NCBI GenBank assembly: GCA_023266055.1
Contig: JAHFRW010000009.1
Coordinates: forward strand, 2,709 to 66,708
DNA: 64,000 nucleotides
Source: Gammaproteobacteria bacterium
GTDB taxonomy: Bacteria > Pseudomonadota > Gammaproteobacteria > Ga0077554 > Ga007554
Direction of reading: 5' to 3'
Shown here: one piece after another, positions 19,559-27,402 of the stretch
How positions within the stretch are numbered: position 1 is the stretch's first letter
Layout: the number at the start of each line of letters is the position of its first letter
Made by a program: the position numbers and the translations under genes
Notes under the pieces: generated by a model
Told to the model about the DNA's origin: nothing
The model's database searches: none
Seen by the model: only the letters and a program-made list of their open reading frames with translations

Positions 19559-20203
19559 ATGGAGCCATGGGATTCAATTACGCCAAAAATCGACACCCGG
19601 ATCGTTGCCGCGTTCGGAAAACTCTCGCTTGCGATGAGAATCTCCGCCAGGAAAACCGCAACCCGCGAGGATTTAACGCCCACACAAGCGGAAATCCTCG
19701 CGTTGCTTGACGTCAGGGTCGAATCTTTAAGACTCTCCACGGTGGCTGAGCAACTGGGAGTTACATCTGCGACTGCTAGTGAGGCGGTGGAAACGCTGGT
19801 GGCAAAGGGACTCATTACCAAGACGCCCGCCGCCGATGATCGCCGGGCGTTGGCCATTAAGTCGACCCGTAACGGAAAAAAAATAGCTAAACGAGCCGAT
19901 CACTCAAATGAATTTGTAATAAAGGCACTCAAAACCTTCAACGACTCCGAGCGAGAGATGCTTTTAACCATTTTATTGCGCCTGATTGGAGAGTTCCAGG
20001 CCCGTGGGGATCTGCCCGCGCTACGGATGTGTCTCACCTGTAAATATTTCGAACCCAATCGACACCCTGACAAAGACGTACCCTATCATTGTCATTTGGT
20101 CGGCCAACCACTCCCCGCCTCATTTATGAGGGTCGATTGCGCAGAACACGACGAGACTTCCTCATTAGAACAGCAAAAGAACCGGGCTGCTTTTGCGTTT
20201 TAA
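19559..20203 (+). CDS. MarR family transcriptional regulator with Cys/His-rich C-terminal extension
   Basis: Winged-helix MarR core (LTPTQAEILALL...LGVTSATASEAVETLVAKGLI...DRRA). The tail ...CLTCKYF...HCHL...DCAEHDE suggests metal or redox sensing. Confidence 0.85.
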   Translation: MEPWDSITPKIDTRIVAAFGKLSLAMRISARKTATREDLTPTQAEILALLDVRVESLRLSTVAEQLGVTSATASEAVETLVAKGLITKTPAADDRRALAIKSTRNGKKIAKRADHSNEFVIKALKTFNDSEREMLLTILLRLIGEFQARGDLPALRMCLTCKYFEPNRHPDKDVPYHCHLVGQPLPASFMRVDCAEHDETSSLEQQKNRAAFAF

Positions 20204-20240
20204 ATTTTCTTAATTTAGCCCTTTTATTTAGGAGTCCTAT

Positions 20241-20960
20241 ATGAATAGTAAAGCTTTTAATTTAGTCGGTCTAGCCTTGAGTGGTCTTTTCACTTCAGGT
20301 ATTGCGAACGCTGCCCCTGTCATCTCGCAGAAGCAGGTCACAGCAAAGCACGCGGCTTTCGACATTGTGAAAACCGATATCAAGGTAAACGAGAAAAATA
20401 ATTGGCTTGAATTCACAATGGAAGTAACGGGTACCGCAGGAGCCGTCAAGCCCAGGAAGACAGGCAAATTTGCGAACAGTGATGTCTTCTCATATGTATG
20501 GCCAACAAAGATTGATCCGGCTGAAGTGGGATTTAACAAAGGTGCTGGCATTCTCGCACTGGCAGTAACGATTCATCCAGACTTCGATGACACACCGTTA
20601 TTTTCTACCAAAGGCGCTGACTGGCACACCCACTGGGTTGTGCTTGGGCCAGACGATGCGTGTGGGAAAGATTCACTTAAAGTGCTGGATATCAAAGACG
20701 GTACAAAACCCAGGCTCCCCAAGACGTGGCCCGGCGTTCCCCTTCTCATCGATAGCCCCGGGTACGCCCCACACTTTCAAAGAAAAACGCTGACGGTACG
20801 GGTTCCTTTTGACAACCTGGATAGCGTCAAGGGCACCGCCTTTGATGGCGTGACAGCGGGCCTTAAGGTCAATGCGAGCACACACAACCCATTGTTGTGC
20901 GTCGCCAATATATTCGACGTTGCATCGGGAGATTTAACGCTCCCGGGCAAAGTGGAATAA
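20241..20960 (+). CDS. Secreted hypothetical protein (signal peptide)
   Basis: 239 aa; N-terminal signal peptide ...GIANA/AP; no recognised domain. Confidence 0.55.
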   Translation: MNSKAFNLVGLALSGLFTSGIANAAPVISQKQVTAKHAAFDIVKTDIKVNEKNNWLEFTMEVTGTAGAVKPRKTGKFANSDVFSYVWPTKIDPAEVGFNKGAGILALAVTIHPDFDDTPLFSTKGADWHTHWVVLGPDDACGKDSLKVLDIKDGTKPRLPKTWPGVPLLIDSPGYAPHFQRKTLTVRVPFDNLDSVKGTAFDGVTAGLKVNASTHNPLLCVANIFDVASGDLTLPGKVE

Positions 20961-21000
20961 CGGGTGTTTCAGCCCATTCACTCACTTAAGGAGAAAGATC

Positions 21001-21237
21001 ATGAATCAAAAAGCAGTTTTCTACCATGCAGGCTGTCCCGTCTGCGTTTCGGCCGAACAAGAAGTCGCTGCGGCATTAGATCGAAATCGCTACACCGTCG
21101 AAACGGTACATCTGGGTGAAACAAAAAACCGCCTGAGAGAAGCCGAAGAAGCGGGGGTCGTATCGGTGCCCGCGCTGGTGATTAACGGACAAGCGTATCA
21201 TATCAACTATGGTGCGCCACTGTCTGCTCTCAAATAA
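21001..21237 (+). CDS. Small thioredoxin-fold protein (CPxC; glutaredoxin-like)
   Basis: 78 aa; CPVC active-site-like motif near the N-terminus; VPALVING near the C-terminus (cis-Pro region of the thioredoxin fold). Confidence 0.7.
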   Translation: MNQKAVFYHAGCPVCVSAEQEVAAALDRNRYTVETVHLGETKNRLREAEEAGVVSVPALVINGQAYHINYGAPLSALK

Positions 21238-21246
21238 AATGAGATT

Positions 21247-21281
21247 TAATCTCGTCACGAAAGTCAACTTCGTGACGAGAT
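21247..21281 (+). terminator. Perfect 14-bp stem hairpin immediately after the thioredoxin-like gene
   Basis: aatctcgtcacgaa-agtcaac-ttcgtgacgagatt; no T tract, so it may be a protein-binding palindrome or a factor-dependent terminator. Confidence 0.35.
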
Positions 21282-21402
21282 TATCTGCAAGAGCGTCCTG
21301 AAAGAAATCGATATGCCTAACGTCCTACGACAGGCACTAAAATGAAGGCGATCGCATGGCGTCAATGTTGACGCTCTCCTAAAGATTGCCACACTGCAGG
21401 GA

Positions 21403-21743
21403 ATGGTCATCATGCTTCATGTTTTTAAAATACCCTGCTCGGGTTGCATTCGGTGCTTGAATATCATCAAGTGACGACGCCTGAACCCATGGCAGTATTT
21501 ATGGATGAACAGCGGCTTCCTTTTACAATTGAAATTGACACATACACTGATAAAAACGATATGCCATTAACCATGCAGGAATATCGCCTGCAGGTAACAT
21601 CAACGACAGTGTTGATCGATCAACGCGGACGAATCCGGTTACAGAAATTCGGTACGATTGACGACTTAACGCTCGGCGTACGCGCGGGAATCCTCATAGG
21701 CAAATATCAATCGGTCAATCCAAATGAAATCTCTAATACATAA
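21403..21743 (+). pseudogene. Decayed thioredoxin-fold (TlpA/ResA-like thiol-disulfide oxidoreductase) gene remnant with frameshift and internal deletion
   Basis: Frame 1 reads MVIMLHVFKIPCSGCIRC...* (CxxC). After a shift, frame 2 continues with TlpA-like C-terminal sequence (...TTVLIDQRGRIRLQKFGTIDDLTLGVRAGI). The N-terminal signal and beta1-alpha1 region are absent. Confidence 0.3.
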
Positions 21744-22428
21744 AAATTATGTCCTGAACGCACTTCTGACCGGGCGAGTGGTTCCGTTCGGCTCTAACGG
21801 GTCTTTTAGTGCAATCCATAAACAGCCCGCGAACCACGCTATACAAGTCACCTTCACAGGCTTAGCCGGTGACGCACAAGCAGACCGCATACACCATGGT
21901 GGTATAGAAAAGGCGCTGCACCATTATCCACTTGACCACTATCCCTATTGGTATGCGTATTTGCACGCGCCACCGACATCACTCCCAGTCGGTGCATTTG
22001 GAGAAAACTTGTCTACGTCTGGCTTGACCGAGGACGACGTGTGCATTGGTGATGTGTTTAAACTTGGCTCGAGCGTTATCCAAGTCACACAACCTCGACA
22101 ACCTTGCTGGAAATTGAATGCCCGCTTCAATCATGTCCATATCGCACGCCACATGCAGCGGATGGGGATGACAGGTTGGTATTATCGCGTAGTCAAGGAA
22201 GGTGATGCAGCACCACAAGAAGAACTGATTTTTTCATCCCGACCAAATCCGCAATGGAACATCGCGCGCGTTGTATCTTTGCTTTATAAACGCGAAGAAG
22301 ACCGACGCAGCATTGAGGAATTAGCCAATGCAGCAGGGATCGGCAAATCGCTTTCGGCTTTGCTACATAAGCGACTCCGTACTGGTCAGGTGGAAAGTTG
22401 GGCCGACAGGCTGGGCGGTTACTTCTAG
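21724..22428 (+). CDS. MOSC domain protein (YiiM-like; N-hydroxylated base-analogue/hydroxylamine reductase family)
   Basis: 234 aa; MOSC beta-barrel with a conserved Cys (QPRQPCWKL) and a C-terminal 3-alpha helical domain. Confidence 0.85.
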   Translation: MKSLIHKNYVLNALLTGRVVPFGSNGSFSAIHKQPANHAIQVTFTGLAGDAQADRIHHGGIEKALHHYPLDHYPYWYAYLHAPPTSLPVGAFGENLSTSGLTEDDVCIGDVFKLGSSVIQVTQPRQPCWKLNARFNHVHIARHMQRMGMTGWYYRVVKEGDAAPQEELIFSSRPNPQWNIARVVSLLYKREEDRRSIEELANAAGIGKSLSALLHKRLRTGQVESWADRLGGYF

Positions 22429-22506
22429 CCGTTACGACAGGATATGACAAACTGAAAAAAGCTATCAGAGCATGGTCACCGCTCCAACCCCGCGGGGTTC
22501 TTATGG

Positions 22507-23235
22507 CTACCCATGTGAAACGTCAACAGGCTCTAGTACATCTGCCAGCCATTCATTCCAGAAACAACTTGCTTGCGCGTGCAACCGGACTCCGAACTCC
22601 AGTGCATTCTTTCTGAGGTCATTGACCGAGACGTCTGGTGTCCCGGCGATCTCACACGCATGCCCGATGAGCCATCGCTCAAAGTCAGCAGGCAAAATCT
22701 CCGGATGGAATTGCAACCCGAGCGCCCGTTTCCCATATTTGAACGCCTGATTTCGATAACCGGATGTGGAGGCAAGCAGCGTAGCGCCCGTCGGTAAATC
22801 AAAGGTATCACCATGCCAATGCAACACTGATGTGGTACTACCGTCCAAATATCTAAAGGCTGGTAACTGGCGTATATTACTTAAGGACAGTGGGAACCAG
22901 CCGATTTCTTTGCCGGATCCAGGGTAGACCGCTGCCCCCAGTGCACGAGCCATCAGTTGTGCCCCCAGGCAAACCCCTAAAGTTGGTCTGTCCATTACCA
23001 GACGCGCCTGCAGAATTCGTACCTCTTCAATCAAAAATGGATAATTTTCCTCCTCATATGCGCCTAATGGTCCACCAAGAACAACCAATAGATCCGGCTC
23101 CAGAGGATCGAAGGCTTTGAGATTGGTAACGCCCGCCTCAAGATACTGGATCGTACCACCCAATTGCTCTATGGAAGCGGCTAGACTCCCAAGATCCTCA
23201 AACGCAACATGTCTTATCGCGACTACTTTCATCAC
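22507..23235 (-). CDS. Class I glutamine amidotransferase domain protein (stand-alone GATase1)
   Basis: 242 aa; catalytic Cys context LGVCLGAQL and an His/Glu region (FHPE) typical of triad GATases. Confidence 0.85.
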   Translation of the reverse strand: MMKVVAIRHVAFEDLGSLAASIEQLGGTIQYLEAGVTNLKAFDPLEPDLLVVLGGPLGAYEEENYPFLIEEVRILQARLVMDRPTLGVCLGAQLMARALGAAVYPGSGKEIGWFPLSLSNIRQLPAFRYLDGSTTSVLHWHGDTFDLPTGATLLASTSGYRNQAFKYGKRALGLQFHPEILPADFERWLIGHACEIAGTPDVSVNDLRKNALEFGVRLHAQASCFWNEWLADVLEPVDVSHG

Positions 23236-23251
23236 TGGGCTCCTGAAAAAT

Positions 23252-24253
23252 TCAGTTAATCATCAATCCACGATCAATAAAATTGCGGCGACACACTTCA
23301 TCGTCCAGCATCCCAACCTCACTGGCCAGCGCAGTAATACCGTTGAAATTCACCCGCTCAAGTCCCTGTTGATTGAGAAACCTGCAGTCCTTGATCATTT
23401 CCGCAACTCCATTGACGCGTAACTGAACAAGCATTCGATGCCAAACATCCAACTCAAGATCCGCAAACCAAAGAATGGGGCAAGGTAAAATTTTAGCGAA
23501 AAAACTCCTTTGTTCTTTGTTCATGGCGCCATAGAAACACTTGACCAATGACTTGAAAATCTGGCTATGTGCCAGTTCGTCGTGACGATGCGCTGCCACG
23601 GTCTCTCGATTGAGAGGTTGAATTGTTTTATCTTCAGAAAGTAAATGAAGATAATCACTGACAAATATCTCCGATACGACGCATGTTGCCAGCTGAACGA
23701 GCTGCCTTTTCCATATTTCGGCATGTTTAGCCTTTTCGGCTTCCATGAAATGGACAAGATTAAATGTTGGAATGTGGACGTATTGCAGGCCGCGTTGTTC
23801 ACGAGTCACGCGATTGGCGTTTTTCACGAGCAAAATATGGTAAGCCTCATCAACCAGCGTCTCACAGATAATCTGCTTTGTGGTTTCATTTTTCAGACCC
23901 GGAATCTTTTCATCAAGGATATCAATACACGCTGGGCTCACGATAGATGTTTCAATTGCAACCGTCTTTTCGTTGTATGCCAACCAGCCGCAAGAAAGAA
24001 TTTGCCTTTGCGTCTCATCTGCCAACCCCAAGTAAATGGGGTGATTCTTAAAGGGTAAGAGGTCTGCCCGAAAGTCGACACATTCCGCATCGTAGCGCAA
24101 CTCCAACTCGTCTTGCTTCACTTGTGCGCGGCTGTGCCAGCCACCCGCAATGCGATCTAAAAGATCCCTGACTTTCGAGAGATTCTCTGGGTGGCTGTTG
24201 TGTTGTTGATGGGCACCGGAAGAGTATGATGTTTTTGAAGTGGCTATATACAT
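23252..24253 (-). CDS. AurF-like ferritin-fold di-iron oxygenase (p-aminobenzoate N-oxygenase family candidate)
   Basis: Two ExxH motifs about 90 residues apart (ETLVDEAYH and HRHDELAH) plus additional conserved Glu/His, with the length and spacing of AurF/CmlI. Start set at ATG 24253, which has AAGGAG 7 nt upstream. Confidence 0.6.
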   Translation of the reverse strand: MYIATSKTSYSSGAHQQHNSHPENLSKVRDLLDRIAGGWHSRAQVKQDELELRYDAECVDFRADLLPFKNHPIYLGLADETQRQILSCGWLAYNEKTVAIETSIVSPACIDILDEKIPGLKNETTKQIICETLVDEAYHILLVKNANRVTREQRGLQYVHIPTFNLVHFMEAEKAKHAEIWKRQLVQLATCVVSEIFVSDYLHLLSEDKTIQPLNRETVAAHRHDELAHSQIFKSLVKCFYGAMNKEQRSFFAKILPCPILWFADLELDVWHRMLVQLRVNGVAEMIKDCRFLNQQGLERVNFNGITALASEVGMLDDEVCRRNFIDRGLMIN

Positions 24254-24319
24254 AAATCGCTCCTTGAACTTAATGGCTGGACAACCATGCACCCAGTTGA
24301 TTGCATAGTCTTGCGCGCC

Positions 24320-25592
24320 TTATTGATAACGACCAGATATGAATTCACCGTGAGGCATATCCAGGCCGTTTTGCATATTCCACACTTTTACAACTTCATC
24401 AGTGGCGGGGTCGATTTTGACGATGTGATTACTGACAAAACTGCTCACAATTACCGCCGTCTGATCCGGCGTGGAAAGGCTCGTGTGTGCGTTGACAAAA
24501 TCGCTGGGTAATTCGTAGCCCGGACGCATGCGTTTGATGAATACCGGATAATTGATATCTGAAATATCAAAAATCGAGATGTAACCCTCTTGGCCGAATG
24601 TAAGATCCATAGAATCTTCCTCAGCCACATACATCTTATCGTGAGCAATTGAAACAGAGGAAGCTGAACGGTAAATACCGGGGGCATCCACACTGTTAGC
24701 CGTGCCTACGATCATTTTTGACGTCGATGAGCCAGACGCTTGGCCCAATTACCGAACCATTCTCCGGCGTGAGCGAAGTTGGCCCGAGTTGCATCGTACC
24801 GACAACTGCATAACGGTTATCGATCCAGGTTGTGTAGTGTGCGAACGCCGCATAAACTTCCTTGGTGCCGAGAGAAATGGAACGTTTCCAATTGACAGCC
24901 CCCGTCGTTTTATTCGGCACAAAAACTTCTATGGTACCCTGATCAAGATGATAGCCCGCCACAATGCCAAAAGTGCCAGAAAGATTAAAATTGACCCCAT
25001 GTTTCTGGGCACTTTTGCTACCAAAACTTCTGGTACTGACAACGGTCGTTTGTCCGCTCGCACTGGTCTTGAAACTGCGGATGCGATTATCTGTCCAACC
25101 CGTGGTGAAGCTAAATTTCGTGCCTGGCAGCATCGTGGGTGCATGAATCTGTGAAGCCGTCGGAAACCACCAGGGTGGAATGGGCTGGGTGCCGCTTGTT
25201 TGTGTAACGACAGGAAAATTGGACTTTGTGCCCGGCTTGTCGACCTCCAATACATGGGTGAGCCTAATATCTGCCCGACCCGCATCGAAATTGATGCCAT
25301 CAACCTTTAGTGTAACTATAGAGGCGCCGTAGGTCTCGTTAGTGTTTGTGCTGACATAGATTGTTTTTTCATTGGGTGTCACCCAGGTATGTTGGCAAAC
25401 CGCCTTAGGCATCCCGGGCAAACCAACCAACGGGTGTTTGATTAAGATATCTTTTTCAAGATCAATCAAAAGCAATTCACAAGACATCATGTTTACTGCC
25501 GTGTAAAGATTGTTTGCAAACGCCGGTGGCACAACCAAACCCAGGGAGGCTGAAAATAAAACCGTAGTGAGATTTTGAGTTAATTTGGACAT
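24320..25592 (-). CDS. Secreted beta-propeller-like protein, interrupted by a frameshift at an A5 run (~24715-24725)
   Basis: Signal peptide MSKLTQNLTTVLFSASLGLVVPPAFA with AAGAGGAG upstream. ORFs 24696..25787 and 24320..24748 are consecutive parts of one protein in different frames, joined at gtcAAAAAtga. Confidence 0.55.
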
Positions 25593-26423
25593 GTATTTCT
25601 CCTCTTTAAAAACATTTGATTGTCGAGCGCACCTTTGCATGGTCGGAAACAACAGACGGCCCACAAAGACGTTAAAGTGTGTCGCCGTACTCGTGATATA
25701 TTTTGGGACATCCCAGTCCCCAAAATGACTGCGCTCGGCGACAAGTATGCCTTCGGCGCCCGGACAGGCCTGCGTTCGCCACGACACGCGACTACGCAGC
25801 GCGTCATGGCGACCACAATGCCGCTACGCCTGTCGTTGTTTCCCCATGTTGTCTACACGGGGGTTATCGCACACATTCCGACAACACAGGGAAACCTCGG
25901 CTATCCGGGGGGTGCCCGCCACCGCTCGCTTTCGCGTCGCTCTCCCTGGCGGGCGCCGGAGTCCCCACCGAAACCGCTGAAAACATGATCATAACCGCAA
26001 TGCTTCGGCTCGTATGTTTGATAAATTACGGTGAAATTATTGAGGGACGGCTTCCTCTCCCCTGCTTAATTTATACCGGTGATCATGTGGCGGTGTATTG
26101 CACACTAGCAGCTATTTGTTACAATTAGCAGTACTAAATATGTGTTCCCATAAAAAAATAAAAGTAACGATCCAGCCTGTTGACTCAACTTCATCCACCT
26201 CCCTTTGTAGGGTACTCGACAACTTAAGCGATGATGCGTTACAACTCGGTTGCAAATGGAAAAGAATTAATTGGTGGCGGCATGACAATCAGTACAGGCA
26301 CCCACCACTGCCCATCCATCACCGCTACCGCCGTTGACATCTACCATAACATCGCCCACATAGAACTTGCGACACTACTGCAACCACCCGGTGCTTGATC
26401 ATGAAATATATCCGTCTCATGAA

Positions 26424-26460
26424 TAAGAATAATTACATTTACATATTTAATTTTGTCAAG
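26424..26460 (-). promoter_or_regulatory. Second copy (Y) of the ~38-bp promoter module (TTGACA-N17/18-GTAATT, degenerate Fur box) firing leftward into a long leader upstream of the beta-propeller/AurF-like/GATase operon
   Basis: atttacatatttaa(t/c)tttgtcaag shared with copy X at 19198-19220. Confidence 0.45.
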
Positions 26461-26505
26461 TGGATTGATAGCGTTAAATTCAAGAAGCATGCGCTTTTCG
26501 TTGCG

Positions 26506-27186
26506 TCACACGTCTGCCCACATCCGTAACAGGTTGTGATAACAGCCCGTGAGATCCACCGCCGCTTCCGTGTCACCCTGAGTTTCACGTACCCGCAGAA
26601 TTGCCATATCCAGATCAAACAGCAGACGCCGCCGCTCATCCTCGCGCACCATGCTTTCAATCCAGAAGAAAGAGGCGAGACGGGTGCCATGCGTGACGGG
26701 TTCGACCCGATGCACACTGGTACCCGGATACAAAATCAGATCTCCAGCGGGTAATTTGACCCGCTGCTCACCGAAGGTGTCTTCGATCACCAGCGCGCCG
26801 CCGTCATAGGACTCGGGGTCAGCCAGAAATAGCGTGGCCGAGAGATCGGTGCGCACGCGTGATCCACTGGTGGCGATGCGGCGGATTGCGTTGTCGACGT
26901 GATTGCCGAAACTCATGCCGCCCTCGTAGCGGTTAAAGAGCGGCGGAAAGATCTGCCTGGGCAACGCCGCTGTGAAAAACAGGGCACTACGTTCGAGCGC
27001 CGCCAGCACGATGCGGCCAGCCATACGCGTGGCTTCGCAGTCTTCGGGCAATTGCAGGTTGTGCTTGGCCTGGGCCGACTGGGTGCCAGCGGTGATGCCG
27101 CCATCGGCCCACGGCGCAGATACGAGCACGGTGCGTATCTGCGCAAGCTCATCGGTTGTCAGAATTTCTGGAACGTGGAGTAGCAT
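26506..27186 (-). CDS. piuC: PKHD-type Fe(II)/2-oxoglutarate-dependent hydroxylase PiuC
   Basis: 226 aa; HxD...H 2OG-oxygenase core (FGNHVDNA...H); classic partner of a Fiu/PiuA-type catecholate receptor, which lies immediately upstream. Confidence 0.85.
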   Translation of the reverse strand: MLLHVPEILTTDELAQIRTVLVSAPWADGGITAGTQSAQAKHNLQLPEDCEATRMAGRIVLAALERSALFFTAALPRQIFPPLFNRYEGGMSFGNHVDNAIRRIATSGSRVRTDLSATLFLADPESYDGGALVIEDTFGEQRVKLPAGDLILYPGTSVHRVEPVTHGTRLASFFWIESMVREDERRRLLFDLDMAILRVRETQGDTEAAVDLTGCYHNLLRMWADV

Positions 27187-27203
27187 GAAATCTCCTGATA
27201 CGA

Positions 27204-27233
27204 AAATAAAAATCCCCGCAGCTTACTGCGGGG
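27204..27233 (-). terminator. Rho-independent terminator between the TonB-dependent receptor gene and piuC
   Basis: Minus-strand ccccgcagtaagctgcgggg followed by atttttatttt, about 20 nt before the piuC RBS. Confidence 0.5.
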
Positions 27234-27242
27234 TATTTCTAT

Positions 27243-27384
27243 GTCATTCCGAGCACGGCGAGGAATCTTCAGCAAGATCCCCTCGCTACGTTCGGGATGA
27301 CGGTATAAAAATTCGGAATAACAATAAACGCAGCACCAAAAGCAGGCGCCTCCAGGCGAGCTGCGGGGAAAGCGTAGCGAGAGG
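27243..27384. repeat. REP/BIME-like cluster: an imperfect 21-bp inverted repeat plus a third related arm
   Basis: gtcattccgagcacggcgagg (27243-63) pairs with cctcgctacgttcgggatgac (27281-301); a related gcgtagcgagagg lies at 27372-84. Confidence 0.4.
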
Positions 27385-27402
27385 CTCACAAACCCCAAGA
27401 GA

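Noticed and set aside
25620-26128. Three mutually overlapping 77-141-aa plus-strand ORFs
   Set aside because: Mutually exclusive frames in a GC-rich hairpin-dense stretch with no RBS; treated as non-coding leader instead.
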